Shown in pieces: positions 15,497 to 25,741 of a stretch of 33,543 nt of DNA. Position 1 is the first letter of the stretch. Each line of letters begins with the position of its first letter. A program made the position numbers and the translations under genes. The stretch comes from an uncultured Chitinophagaceae bacterium (GTDB taxonomy: Bacteria; Bacteroidota; Bacteroidia; Chitinophagales; Chitinophagaceae): positions 19,298-52,840 of the forward strand of contig CAZTOP010000008.1 of NCBI GenBank assembly GCA_964615145.1, written 5' to 3'. The notes beneath the pieces are model-generated. The model made no database searches and had not been told where the DNA came from. It saw only the letters and a list, made by a program, of their open reading frames with translations.

Positions 15497-18361
15497 TTAT
15501 TCAATAATCAATTTCTCTCTTAACTCCTCCCCTTCTGTCGTTATTATCTCAACAATATAAACCCCGCTTTTCAATTGTTTGGTGCTTAAAGTTTGATGTT
15601 CAGCTGTAGCAGTCAATTGAATTATTCTTCTTCCCAAACCATCAACAATATTAACTTGTTTTAAATTTTTAGCCTCAATTGTAATAAAATTTTTTGCTGG
15701 ATTTGGATATATAGAAATTGGGTTGGTTAATGTTGTTAAGTTTAAATTTTTAATATCACTATAAGTTTTGCTACCATTATTATCTACTATTTCTAATCTA
15801 TAATAAAGAGTTGATAACATCTTATTATTTGGCAAAATATCAATAAAATTATATTCTGACTTACCAACAGCATTAACTTTTCCAACATTTATAAATGTTC
15901 TGCTGTCATCACTTCTTTGCACATTAAAATATGAAGTATTTATTTCAGATAAAGTAGCCCAAGTATTTAGAACCTGTTTTTCATTTTTCAATTTAATTTC
16001 AAAATGCTTCAGTATTACAGGTAAGTTTACAGGTGCTAACCCTTTAACTTGAACATTTTTTATTACCGCGTACCTTCCTGCACTTGTGCTTCCACAACTT
16101 AAATAAATTCTGATGGTGAGTGTTTCTCCTGCATTTAGTTGAACGCCATTTCCAGCATTTAATGCAAATCCATATTGCAAATTATTTGACCCATTGGAAG
16201 TTGCTGTTACTATTATTGGTTTAGTAAAACCACCATTTGCAGTACCAGGGAATGCTGTGCCTGTTACATCTCTTCCACTTGTTACATCTGTAGAATCTAA
16301 TGTGAAATTAGATTTAGAGTACACAACTGCAATTTTAGTTCCTGAAGTAGAACCATAATATCCAATTAATGCTACCAAAGAATCTATTCTTACAGCATAA
16401 TTTGCATCAGGCTTTATTGTAAATTGCTCATATAGTGTTCGATTAAGGGAAGAACCGCTACCTCCAGCTGCTGTTGTCCATAATCCATCTCCAGCAATTG
16501 AAGGAGCAATTGCTTGTCCATAAAGGGAAGAGTATGCAGGTACAGCAACTACTTGGGTGCCATTAGATAAGTTTAGTCTGTTTAGGGTAGGAATTGTTGG
16601 CAATAGCCCAGTTGCTCTAAATGAAGCATTGTCCAGGTTATTGTTTGTAAAATCCCATTGTTGCAATACATCAAAACTTAATAAAGGCGTACTTTGTGTA
16701 ACACCACTTACAAAAACCGTATCTGAAATTGCACTTGGTGATTCGTGCAAAATTTTACCCGAATAATTTCCTGCACTTGAAGCATTTAATCGTACATAGA
16801 TTACGGTATTGCTAACATTTCCTAAAGTTTGATTGAGTACGATGGTATTAGTATTCCAATTTGCATTATCGATACTAATTTCAAAATTTGCAGGTGCTGT
16901 AACAGCTATATTTCCTAATAAATTTACACCAGAAAGAATATAAGATTGACTGCTACTTGGTGCTGTTGAACCTTGTAAGAAATTAGTTAAATTATGATTG
17001 TTGATTATAATTGTTGGTGTTGAAGAAATTTCAATAGTATCTGTATAAGTTGTATTGGAACCAGACAGATACGCTTTTATATAGTAGTAATAAGTGAATC
17101 CAGCAGGTGGAACAGCATCAGTTCCACCAAAATTAATGGCTGTGTCATTGGTTGCTGTTATTGTGCTTAATAAACTAAAACTAGCTTTATTGTTTGTAGA
17201 TTTATATAGCTCATACGTAATGCCAGTTAATGGCCAGCTAATGTTCCAAGAAAAGTTGGCATTAGCACCTACTTTAATTCCTTTAAAATTGGAAACAGCA
17301 ATTTCAGTATTTGGGCTACTACAAAAATCAGTTCTTACACTACAAGGATTCCAACCATTCAGTATATTCAGTACGTTGTATCCAATAGTATCAATATCGG
17401 CAAATTGTTTGCTCCAAGCCACACGATTCGAAACATCAACTAATGTTCCATCAAACTTTTTGCTTTTATATTCAGCATAAGTAATAAGACTGGTATTTGT
17501 ACCTGCATCCCAAATACTCCATCCAAGTGGATTTATGCTACTACTCATTGTTGTATTTATAAATACAACTTTATTATTTGCAGTAATACCACTAGTTGAA
17601 TTATTCCAGGGTCTGCCAAGATAGTATGATGTAACACCAGTGTTTGCAGGTATTTTACAATCTTTAAATACATAACCATAGGCTTGTCCAATTGTTGTGT
17701 TTGCTGCTGTTATGTATGAATTTCCAGTTGCTGCCCTTGATTTTGGGAAAATAACACAACTATCAAAAACATCTATAGAACTTCCAAAAATAAAATCAAC
17801 TATACCATCTATATAACACTTATAGTAATAGTGTCTTGCATTCGTTGCTCCTTTTGTGTAAAGTGTATCTTGCATACCAGTAAATCTACAATTCTTAAAA
17901 GCAGACCTATCGGCATTAATTACTACAGCCACAGCCTGAGTACCAGTAACCCCTGCTGATACAGCACTATCATAATTGAAAGTATTGGCAAAGCTAATAT
18001 TTACAGCTACAAAATCTGCAGCGTTAATTGTTACGCTAGCACTATTTTGAGTGCCTAATGTACCACCTCCGGGTGTAGGTTTACCGGCATAATCATCATA
18101 AAAAACTATAACGTTTGCAACACTTTCTCCGATTAATTGGATATTGGGTTTATTGGAAGGTATATTTACTTTTTCGTAATACTTACCGTTTTTGATAAAA
18201 ATTACCCAAGGTGTTGAACTATTTGTTGGTGCTGCATCAATCGATGCCTGAATTGTTGTAAAATCCCCTGAACCATCCTTAGCTACAATTTTATTAATTT
18301 GTGCATTCACACAAAACGACAGTAAAAATACACTCCATAGAGTGACTAATTTCTTTTTCAT
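15497..18361 (-). CDS. Secreted pectin methylesterase (CE8) with extended beta-rich domains and a T9SS C-terminal sorting domain
   Basis: Signal peptide MKKKLVTLWSVFLLSFCVNAQ. Pectinesterase motifs IDGIVDFIFG and YYLGRPW. C-terminal 'ISIYPNPAKNFITIEAKNL...GVYIVEI' is a Por/T9SS CTD. Confidence 0.85.
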   Translation of the reverse strand: MKKKLVTLWSVFLLSFCVNAQINKIVAKDGSGDFTTIQASIDAAPTNSSTPWVIFIKNGKYYEKVNIPSNKPNIQLIGESVANVIVFYDDYAGKPTPGGGTLGTQNSASVTINAADFVAVNISFANTFNYDSAVSAGVTGTQAVAVVINADRSAFKNCRFTGMQDTLYTKGATNARHYYYKCYIDGIVDFIFGSSIDVFDSCVIFPKSRAATGNSYITAANTTIGQAYGYVFKDCKIPANTGVTSYYLGRPWNNSTSGITANNKVVFINTTMSSSINPLGWSIWDAGTNTSLITYAEYKSKKFDGTLVDVSNRVAWSKQFADIDTIGYNVLNILNGWNPCSVRTDFCSSPNTEIAVSNFKGIKVGANANFSWNISWPLTGITYELYKSTNNKASFSLLSTITATNDTAINFGGTDAVPPAGFTYYYYIKAYLSGSNTTYTDTIEISSTPTIIINNHNLTNFLQGSTAPSSSQSYILSGVNLLGNIAVTAPANFEISIDNANWNTNTIVLNQTLGNVSNTVIYVRLNASSAGNYSGKILHESPSAISDTVFVSGVTQSTPLLSFDVLQQWDFTNNNLDNASFRATGLLPTIPTLNRLNLSNGTQVVAVPAYSSLYGQAIAPSIAGDGLWTTAAGGSGSSLNRTLYEQFTIKPDANYAVRIDSLVALIGYYGSTSGTKIAVVYSKSNFTLDSTDVTSGRDVTGTAFPGTANGGFTKPIIVTATSNGSNNLQYGFALNAGNGVQLNAGETLTIRIYLSCGSTSAGRYAVIKNVQVKGLAPVNLPVILKHFEIKLKNEKQVLNTWATLSEINTSYFNVQRSDDSRTFINVGKVNAVGKSEYNFIDILPNNKMLSTLYYRLEIVDNNGSKTYSDIKNLNLTTLTNPISIYPNPAKNFITIEAKNLKQVNIVDGLGRRIIQLTATAEHQTLSTKQLKSGVYIVEIITTEGEELREKLIIE

Positions 18362-18471
18362 ACACTAACAATCTTTAGGGCTTGAAGGTAGTTTATTTAA
18401 ATATTGGGAGTTTAAAACCCAATGTTCTAAATTATGCAATCGATAATCAATTATTATAATTAAAAAAGCGA

Positions 18472-19755
18472 TTAAATTTTCCAATCCACAATTTCGTTAG
18501 CAAATTCTTTTCTATAGGGTGTAGTAATTCTGATGTAGTTATCGCTGTAACCTTCCATCATTCCATTTTTATCTGCATCCTCAAACAATACTTTTCTATT
18601 TTGCCCAATAAATAAGTTATTGAAATATTGTTGTTTCATAAAACTTAAATTTCTTAAAGTTTTATTCCTTTCATTTCGGATATTAACAGGAACTATATTG
18701 TCCATTTCTACTGCCAGCGTATTATCTCTTTCGGAATATGTAAAAACGTGCAAATAGCTAATATCTAGTTGATGCAAGTAGTCGAATGTTTCTTTAAAAT
18801 GCTCATCTGTTTCTCCAGGGAAACCAACAATTACATCAACACCAATTGAACAATGTGGAATTAGTTGTTTTATTAGTGAAACTTTATCTGAATATAAATC
18901 ACGTTTATACCTTCTTCGCATTAATCCTAAAATAGCATCACTTCCACTTTGCAAAGGAATATGAAAATGGGGCATAAATTTTTTGCTTTTTGCCACAAAC
19001 TCAATAATCTCGTTACTTAACAAATTAGGTTCAATCGATGAAATTCTGTAACGCTGTATTGTTTGAACTTTGTCTAATTGATTAATTAATTCGAAAAAAG
19101 TTTCTTGATAAGTTTTTTCTCCTTGCTCTCCCCTACCAAAATCGCCTAGGTTTACACCAGTGAGTACAATTTCTTTTACTCCTTTAGCACCCAACGATTT
19201 TGCAGTATTAACAACATTTTCAATAGTATCACTCCTGCTTTTACCCCTTGCCTGAGGAATTGTACAAAAGCTGCAATTATAATTACACCCATCTTGTACT
19301 TTCAAAAATGTTCTTGTTCTGTCTGCTACAGAAAATGATGAAGTGAATCCAGATACATCTTCAATATCGCAACTTGAAATTTTACCACTATCATTTAATG
19401 TTAATTCTCTTAAATGAGCAGCAATATTAAATTTTTCAGCAGCTCCTAATACAAGATTAACACCAGGTATTTCTGCTATTTGTTTTGGTTTTAACTGTGC
19501 ATAACATCCAGTAATTACCACTAAACTTTCAGGAGACTTTCTATTAATTCTTCTCACAAGTTGCCTGCATTCCTTATCTGCATTATCTGTTACAGAGCAA
19601 GTATTAATTACATATACATCAGCAATATCTGTGAAATCTTTTTTTTCAAAACCTTCTGTTTCCAGCATCCTGCTTAATGTAGAAGTTTCAGAATAATTGA
19701 GTTTGCAACCTAAAGTATGAAAAGCAACTGTTCTTTGTTTTTGCATAAGCCGCAA
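18472..19755 (-). CDS. mtaB: tRNA methylthiotransferase, MtaB-like (radical SAM, MiaB/RimO family)
   Basis: N-terminal MTTase domain VAFHTLGCKLNYSET (YqeV/MtaB-like), radical-SAM CNYNCSFCTIP, and a C-terminal TRAM-like region. Confidence 0.8.
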   Translation of the reverse strand: MRLMQKQRTVAFHTLGCKLNYSETSTLSRMLETEGFEKKDFTDIADVYVINTCSVTDNADKECRQLVRRINRKSPESLVVITGCYAQLKPKQIAEIPGVNLVLGAAEKFNIAAHLRELTLNDSGKISSCDIEDVSGFTSSFSVADRTRTFLKVQDGCNYNCSFCTIPQARGKSRSDTIENVVNTAKSLGAKGVKEIVLTGVNLGDFGRGEQGEKTYQETFFELINQLDKVQTIQRYRISSIEPNLLSNEIIEFVAKSKKFMPHFHIPLQSGSDAILGLMRRRYKRDLYSDKVSLIKQLIPHCSIGVDVIVGFPGETDEHFKETFDYLHQLDISYLHVFTYSERDNTLAVEMDNIVPVNIRNERNKTLRNLSFMKQQYFNNLFIGQNRKVLFEDADKNGMMEGYSDNYIRITTPYRKEFANEIVDWKI

Positions 19756-19792
19756 AAATAATCGTTTCTACACAGATATTTTGCTAACAAAA

Positions 19793-19815
19793 AAGTCTCA
19801 TAAAATATGAGACTT
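19793..19815 (-). terminator. Rho-independent terminator for the DUF3276 gene
   Basis: Perfect hairpin aagtctcat-aaaat-atgagactt. The minus-strand read is followed by tttttgtt. Confidence 0.65.
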
Positions 19816-19850
19816 GGAAAATTATATAACAAACAAAATAAATTTTGGTT

Positions 19851-20291
19851 TTACCACTTATCTACTTGTTCACTAGAGATATTAACACTTGATGTGTCTG
19901 TAAAAGTGTTGGAAACTTCCTTCGCTACATCGGCAACAGTCTCTGTACTTGATTCTATATTGGTTACAGGAGTATAACCTTCACCTTCGGGATATTCGTG
20001 ATTAAATGCATCAAAATCAAAGTTTGGCATTAACTCTGTTTTTACATAATCCACAGTTTCACCTAGAGCTTTAACAAATTTGTTGAAGTCTTCTTTGTAA
20101 ACAAAAACCTTGTGTCTATCATAACCATTGTCATCAAACCTTTTTCTGCTTTCTGTTATAGTTAAAAAATAGTCGTTTCCTCGGGTAGCTCTTACATCAA
20201 AAAAATAGGTTCTTCTTTTGCCGGCTTTAATTCTTTTACTGTAAACACTTTCTTGTTTTCTTTCGTCTAGGTTGTTTTGTTCGTAAGGCAC
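19851..20291 (-). CDS. DUF3276 family (Pur-alpha-like) nucleic-acid-binding protein
   Basis: SKRIKAGKRRTYFFDVRATRGNDYFLTITESRKRFDDNG is the conserved DUF3276/PUR repeat found across Bacteroidota. It has an acidic, disordered C-terminal tail. Confidence 0.8.
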   Translation of the reverse strand: MPYEQNNLDERKQESVYSKRIKAGKRRTYFFDVRATRGNDYFLTITESRKRFDDNGYDRHKVFVYKEDFNKFVKALGETVDYVKTELMPNFDFDAFNHEYPEGEGYTPVTNIESSTETVADVAKEVSNTFTDTSSVNISSEQVDKW

Positions 20292-20437
20292 AATTAGTAA
20301 AGTTTTGTTCTTTTAATGATTATTTTGAGCAACAAATATAATATTGTTTAGCAATTACCAAAATTTGTAACGATTAGTTTATCAGAAAAATCTGTGTAAG
20401 ATATACACATTTATTTTTTTCTAAAACGTTTGCGTCT

Positions 20438-20445
20438 AATTTTGC
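20438..20445 (+). promoter_or_regulatory. Candidate -7 promoter element TAATTTTG upstream of pckA. An 8-bp inverted repeat (aaactaac/gttagttt) overlaps the start codon.
   Basis: TAnnTTTG octamer 24 bp upstream of the ATG. The inverted repeat spans 20447-20468. Confidence 0.3.
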
Positions 20446-20469
20446 AAACTAACAAATGTAAGTTAGTTT

Positions 20470-22077
20470 ATGCAAATGCAAAATACAATTCAAATCCCAA
20501 CAGAACAATTAACACAATTAGGTATTGCTGAAAATGTAAACATTCATTATCAATTAAATCCTGAAGAATTAGTTGAACAAACACTCATTAGAAATCAGGG
20601 AGTACTTAACAACACAGGTGCTTTATGCATTAACACTGGTGAATTCACTGGTAGAAGCCCTCAGGACAAATTTATTGTTAAAGATGAAATAACAGAGAAT
20701 ACCATAAACTGGAATAATTTCAACATTCCTATTGAAGAAAAATATTTTATTCAATTACGATCTAAACTTCTAAAGCATTTGAGCAGTAAGGAAGAAGTCT
20801 GGGTTAGAGATGCATATGCTTGTGCAGATGAAACGTATAGAGTAAATATTAGAATTATTAATGAAAAACCTTGGAGTAGTTTATTTGCTTACAATATGTT
20901 CTTAAGGCCACAAGAAGAGGAATTAGAAAAATTTATTCCTGAGTGGCAGATTATTCAGTCACCAAGTTTTAATGCAGACCCTTTAGTTGATGGGACAAGA
21001 CAACACAACTTTGCTATAGTTTCATTTAAACACAAAACAATTTTAATTGGTGGCACTGGGTATACTGGTGAAATGAAAAAAGGGATTTTTACAATACTCA
21101 ACTACATTTTACCACACGACAACAATGTACTAAGTATGCATTGCAGTGCAAATATGGGTAATGATGGTGATGTAGCTATTTTCTTTGGATTAAGTGGTAC
21201 TGGAAAAACAACTCTGAGTGCCGATGCCAATAGAAAGTTAATTGGCGATGATGAACATGGTTGGACAAATAATTCAGTATTTAACTTTGAAGGAGGCTGC
21301 TATGCCAAAGTTATTGATTTAAGTGAGGAGAAAGAACCAGAAATTTTTAGAGCTATTAGACCAGGAGCACTCATAGAAAATGTGGGCTTTGTTGGAGAAA
21401 CTAATGAAATAGACTTTGCTAGTACAAAAATCACTGAAAATACCAGGGTTAGTTATCCTTTATCATACATCAGTAATGCCTTAGAACCAAGTATTGGTGC
21501 TTTACCAAAAAATATTTTCTTTTTAACTTGTGATGCTTATGGCGTGCTACCTCCTGTCAGTAAGCTTAGTGCAGGGCAGGCAATGTATCAATTCATTAGT
21601 GGTTATACAGCTAAGGTAGCTGGCACAGAAGAAGGTGTTACTGAGCCTAAAGCTACATTTAGTGCTTGTTTTGGTGCACCATTTATGCCACTTCATCCTG
21701 GATTTTATGCTAAAATGTTAGGAGAAAAAATAAAAGAAAATAATGTAAATATTTGGATGGTTAATACAGGTTGGAGCGGTGGTCCCTACGGTGTTGGCAA
21801 TAGAATGAAACTTTCTTACACAAGGGCAATGATTACAGCTGCTTTGAATGGAGAACTTGAAAATGTTGAATTTGAACCACACCCAGTTTTTGGTATGATG
21901 ATGCCTAAAACATGTCCTAATGTTCCTAAAGAAATTTTGCACCCAAGATTTACTTGGGCCAATAGAGAAGCCTATGATATAGCTGCAAAAAAATTAGCAG
22001 AAATGTTTATCAAGAACTTTGAAAAATATGCAGCTCAAGTAACAGACGAAATACTTGCAGCAGCCCCAAAAGCCTAA
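20470..22077 (+). CDS. pckA: Phosphoenolpyruvate carboxykinase (ATP)
   Basis: Kinase-1a motif GLSGTGKTTLSAD, 'IGDDEHGW', and 'VSYPL'. Length 535 aa. Confidence 0.95.
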   Translation: MQMQNTIQIPTEQLTQLGIAENVNIHYQLNPEELVEQTLIRNQGVLNNTGALCINTGEFTGRSPQDKFIVKDEITENTINWNNFNIPIEEKYFIQLRSKLLKHLSSKEEVWVRDAYACADETYRVNIRIINEKPWSSLFAYNMFLRPQEEELEKFIPEWQIIQSPSFNADPLVDGTRQHNFAIVSFKHKTILIGGTGYTGEMKKGIFTILNYILPHDNNVLSMHCSANMGNDGDVAIFFGLSGTGKTTLSADANRKLIGDDEHGWTNNSVFNFEGGCYAKVIDLSEEKEPEIFRAIRPGALIENVGFVGETNEIDFASTKITENTRVSYPLSYISNALEPSIGALPKNIFFLTCDAYGVLPPVSKLSAGQAMYQFISGYTAKVAGTEEGVTEPKATFSACFGAPFMPLHPGFYAKMLGEKIKENNVNIWMVNTGWSGGPYGVGNRMKLSYTRAMITAALNGELENVEFEPHPVFGMMMPKTCPNVPKEILHPRFTWANREAYDIAAKKLAEMFIKNFEKYAAQVTDEILAAAPKA

Positions 22078-22110
22078 TAACGATAGGCCTCTTCGATTGC
22101 TCTGACATTA

Positions 22111-22143
22111 ATAGTCCTGCTGAAAAGTGGGGCTATTTTTTTT
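22111..22143 (+). terminator. Rho-independent terminator after pckA
   Basis: atagtcc...ggggctat stem (7 bp, one G-U pair) followed by ttttttt. Confidence 0.55.
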
Positions 22144-22417
22144 AACTTTAATTTCGGATTTTAATTGCTTATTCATAAAAACAAATGCTTGATGGATTAC
22201 CTTACCCCAGGTTTTATCTTGAAAAGTATTAAGGCTTCCATCAAACTTCGAAACTAGAGTAAGTTCATACAAGGCTTCCTCAGGCATATTTACATCAAAA
22301 GTATAAAGCTGAAGCAGCAGAGGAATTTTATGGCAAAGTCTCATTATATTACAAATATTATAAATATTAACTAGTCAGCCTTTACTAATAAAACATAGTT
22401 TTACAAAAAATAGATTT

Positions 22418-22846
22418 ATGAAAGAACAAAACTACAAAAATCACACTCGAATGGTACCAATGTATCATTATTTTTTAACTATTATTTTATTAGCCATTCT
22501 TATCAAAATTTGCTTGCCTTGTTGCTACCAAACTTGTACTTTTTCTCAAAGCAATATTTTAATCGGAGCCTTAACTTTAGCTTGTATTGTCATTGCATAT
22601 TTCGCAAGAGCATTTGCATTAAAAGCTCAAGATAGAGTTATAAGAGCTGAAGAAAATCTCAGACATTTTGTGGCTACAGGAAAACTATTACCAGAAAATT
22701 TAAAAATGAATCAAATAATCGCACTTCGTTTTGCAAGTGATGATGAATGGTTGAGTTTAATGGATAAGGCGATTAAAGAAAATTTAAGGAGTAAGGATAT
22801 AAAACTATCCATTAAAAATTGGAAAGCTGATTTTAACAGAGTTTAA
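22418..22846 (+). CDS. Hypothetical membrane protein (2 TM helices)
   Basis: YFLTIILLAILIKICL and ILIGALTLACIVIAYF helices, followed by a soluble C-terminal half. Confidence 0.5.
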   Translation: MKEQNYKNHTRMVPMYHYFLTIILLAILIKICLPCCYQTCTFSQSNILIGALTLACIVIAYFARAFALKAQDRVIRAEENLRHFVATGKLLPENLKMNQIIALRFASDDEWLSLMDKAIKENLRSKDIKLSIKNWKADFNRV

Positions 22847-22909
22847 TTTAAAAAAATGTAACATTTATTTTAAAACATCGTTCATTATAGTATATCAAAA
22901 TAGTATTTT

Positions 22910-23641
22910 ATGTTTAAGAATTTTTTGTATGTTTCTTTATTAACCATTTCATTCATTAGCTGTAATGCACAACCAGAAGTAAGAACTCTTGTAAATGATG
23001 CAAATGCTGAAAAGAGAATGGTTACACCTTTTACAGGTGTTGATGTAAGTAATGCAATAACACTTTACATCTCACAGGGAAATGAGGATGCTGTTGCTGT
23101 GAGTTGTACAGAATCAAGTGACACAAAAAAAGTGAAGACAGAGGTTAAAAACGGCGTCTTAAAAATATATTGCGATAATGGATTTTGGGGTGGTGCTTGG
23201 AAGGATAAAAAAGTAAAAGCATACGTTTCAATTAAAAATCCAAATTTCATAAGTATTTCAGGAGCCAGCTCCTGTAAAATAAATGAAACTATTAATGCAG
23301 AAAATTTAAAAATTAATATTAGTGGTGCAAGTAATATTAAAGGAAATTTGAAAGTAAATAATCTTAAAATAGACCTAAGTGGGGCAAGCTCTGCAACATT
23401 TAATGGAACTACAAATCTAGCTTTTATTGATGCCAGTGGTGCAAGCAGTTTCAAGTGCTACGATTTTATTATTGATGATTGTACAGCTGAAGCAAGTGGT
23501 GCTAGCAGTTTAAATTTAAATGTAAAAACAAAACTTGCAGCCTCTGCAGGTGGTGCAAGTAGTATAAAATACATAGGCAATCCTGATGTTGTTAAAAGCG
23601 ATTCTAATGGAGCTTCGTCAATAAAAAAGAAAAACGATTAA
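22910..23641 (+). CDS. DUF2807/'head GIN' domain lipoprotein (putative adhesin-like beta-helix)
   Basis: Lipoprotein signal ...LTISFISC, then repeated '[ID]xSGASS' beta-strand units (ISGASS, DLSGASS, DASGASS, EASGASS, AGGASS, SNGASS). Confidence 0.7.
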   Translation: MFKNFLYVSLLTISFISCNAQPEVRTLVNDANAEKRMVTPFTGVDVSNAITLYISQGNEDAVAVSCTESSDTKKVKTEVKNGVLKIYCDNGFWGGAWKDKKVKAYVSIKNPNFISISGASSCKINETINAENLKINISGASNIKGNLKVNNLKIDLSGASSATFNGTTNLAFIDASGASSFKCYDFIIDDCTAEASGASSLNLNVKTKLAASAGGASSIKYIGNPDVVKSDSNGASSIKKKND

Positions 23642-24063
23642 TCATATTTTCTCTTTGGTAATTGGTCCATATTATCAACTTCTCCAACTAACAATTTTTC
23701 ATTTGGATTGTGAACAATTGAAGTTGCTAGCTTGTACAATCCTAACAGTAAAACAATTGACATTATTAATTCTCCCCAAGTGAACCAATAACCCCAGAAG
23801 TTATATACTGCTGCTATTTCAGGTTTTGATGGATTATAAATTAACTCAACTTTTTCTCCATCATTTAGTTGTCTTAAAGGATAATCAACATTTATTTGAT
23901 ATTGCTTTGAGGCAATCATATAGTAAGCAAAAGCATCCCTTGTTTTAGTATCAATTTTTACAATTGCTGTTACTGTTTCTCCATCAAAATAATCTGGCAC
24001 TCTGGTATAAAAAATATAACAGAAATAACAAGTGAAGTATAGTGATAGTAAGAGTTTGAGCAT
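23638..24063 (-). CDS. Hypothetical membrane protein (DUF3592-like, with TM helices at both ends)
   Basis: I place the start at the ATG at 24063 (MLKLLLSLYF...). The TTG-initiated extension to 24084 would run into the upstream terminator. The C-terminal TM is IMSIVLLLGLY. Confidence 0.45.
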   Translation of the reverse strand: MLKLLLSLYFTCYFCYIFYTRVPDYFDGETVTAIVKIDTKTRDAFAYYMIASKQYQINVDYPLRQLNDGEKVELIYNPSKPEIAAVYNFWGYWFTWGELIMSIVLLLGLYKLATSIVHNPNEKLLVGEVDNMDQLPKRKYD

Positions 24064-24075
24064 AAAAGAAAAATA

Positions 24076-24104
24076 AAACCTCAAAACAAAAAGTATTGAG
24101 GTTT
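24076..24104 (-). terminator. Rho-independent terminator of glyQS
   Basis: Perfect 9-bp stem aaacctcaa/ttgaggttt with an 11-nt loop. The minus-strand read continues into tttatttttc. Confidence 0.7.
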
Positions 24105-24132
24105 TATAAAATTTAAAGTCTAAAATATGAAA

Positions 24133-25593
24133 TTATACAATTGCGTTTAAGACCAAATTCTTTACATCAGCAATAGATATTCTTTCTTGTACCATACTAT
24201 CTCTGTAACGAATGGTAACAGTATTATCCTCTTTTGTTTGGTGATCGATTGTTACACAAAATGGGGTACCTATTGCATCTTGTCTTCTATAACGTTTTCC
24301 AATTGCATCTTTTTCCTCATAAAAACATCTGAACAAAGGTTTGCATTCATCTAACAGTTCTCTTGCAATTTCTGGCAACCCATCCTTTTTTAATAATGGC
24401 AAAATTGCTAATTTATTAGGTGCAAGTTTAGCAGGAATTTTCAGCACAGTTCTACTGTCTGTTGTGCCATCTTCTTTGTTAATAGTTTCCTCTTGGTAAG
24501 AATTTGAAAGTATCAATAAAAACATTCTATCTAAACCAATTGAAGTTTCTATAACGTATGGAATATAGTTACCATAGGCCTTTCCTGTTGTTTCATCAAT
24601 ATCATTATCGAAATATTGTTGTTTCTTTTTGCTGTATTCTTGATGTTGCTTTAAATCAAAATCACCACGGCTATGAATGCCCTCAACTTCCTTAAATCCT
24701 ATTGGGAATTCAAATTCAATATCGCAAGCTTCTTTAGCATAATGGGCTAATTTAACGTGGTCGTGAAAACGGTATTTATTAGCACTAATTCCTAAACTTA
24801 AATGCCATTTTAAACGTTCTTCTTTCCATATTTTATACCATTCTCCTTCTGTGCCAGGGCGAACAAAAAATTGCATTTCCATTTGTTCAAATTCTCGCAT
24901 TCTAAAAATAAATTGGCGAGCGACAATTTCGTTTCTGAATGCTTTACCTGTTTGTGCAATACCAAATGGAATTTTCATACGTGCCGATTTTTGAACATTC
25001 AAAAAGTTCACAAAAATTCCCTGAGCTGTTTCAGGACGTAGGTATATTGTATCAGCCTCATCTGAAATACTGCCAAGCTTTGTATCAAACATTAAATTAA
25101 ATTGGCGTATATCCGTCCAATTGCAAGTTCCACTAATAGCACATTTGATATTATTGATAATAATGAGGTTTTTTAAGCCAACATAATCCGCGTTAGCTTC
25201 TAATTTTTCCATTTCAAGTAGCAAACTTTTAGCTGCTTCTTCTTTATTATCTTCCTTTAACTTTTCAGCAAAGCTTTCAATTAAATGATCCACACGATAA
25301 CGTTTATTACTATCCTTGTTATCAATCATTGGGTCGCTAAAATTATCAACATGTCCACTAGCTTTCCAAGTTGTTGGATGCATAAAAATTGCAGCATCAA
25401 TACCAACAATATTGTCGTTCATTTGAGTCATTGATTTCCACCAATAATCTCTAATATTTTTCTTTAGCTCGCTTCCCCAAGGACCGTAATCATACACAGC
25501 TGCTAAGCCATCGTAAATTTCGCTAGATTGAAATACAAAACCATATTCTTTTGCGTGTGCAATAATTGCTTGTAAATTATTTTCAGTTGCCAT
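24133..25593 (-). CDS. glyQS: Glycine--tRNA ligase (class II, alpha2 homodimeric type)
   Basis: N-terminus MATENNLQAIIAHAKEYGFVFQSSEIYDGLAAVYDYGPWG, class II motifs (FRNE, GLDR), and a C-terminal anticodon-binding domain. Confidence 0.93.
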   Translation of the reverse strand: MATENNLQAIIAHAKEYGFVFQSSEIYDGLAAVYDYGPWGSELKKNIRDYWWKSMTQMNDNIVGIDAAIFMHPTTWKASGHVDNFSDPMIDNKDSNKRYRVDHLIESFAEKLKEDNKEEAAKSLLLEMEKLEANADYVGLKNLIIINNIKCAISGTCNWTDIRQFNLMFDTKLGSISDEADTIYLRPETAQGIFVNFLNVQKSARMKIPFGIAQTGKAFRNEIVARQFIFRMREFEQMEMQFFVRPGTEGEWYKIWKEERLKWHLSLGISANKYRFHDHVKLAHYAKEACDIEFEFPIGFKEVEGIHSRGDFDLKQHQEYSKKKQQYFDNDIDETTGKAYGNYIPYVIETSIGLDRMFLLILSNSYQEETINKEDGTTDSRTVLKIPAKLAPNKLAILPLLKKDGLPEIARELLDECKPLFRCFYEEKDAIGKRYRRQDAIGTPFCVTIDHQTKEDNTVTIRYRDSMVQERISIADVKNLVLNAIV

Positions 25594-25741
25594 AACTGCA
25601 AATATAGGTTTGATAGGTATTTAGAAAAATCGTTTTAAAGCTGAAATCAAAATTTTGAAAATTGTGCAATTACACAAGGAGTAATGCTTAAGTCAAATTT
25701 GTATTTTTAATATTTTGATGCTTAATTTGCAACAAACAGAA

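Noticed and set aside
16557-17480. Plus-strand ORFs inside the pectinesterase gene
   Set aside because: They are antisense to a 954-aa gene that has catalytic motifs and a T9SS C-terminal domain.
22108-22344. 78-aa minus-strand ORF downstream of pckA
   Set aside because: It overlaps the pckA terminator, has no motif, and is probably intergenic.
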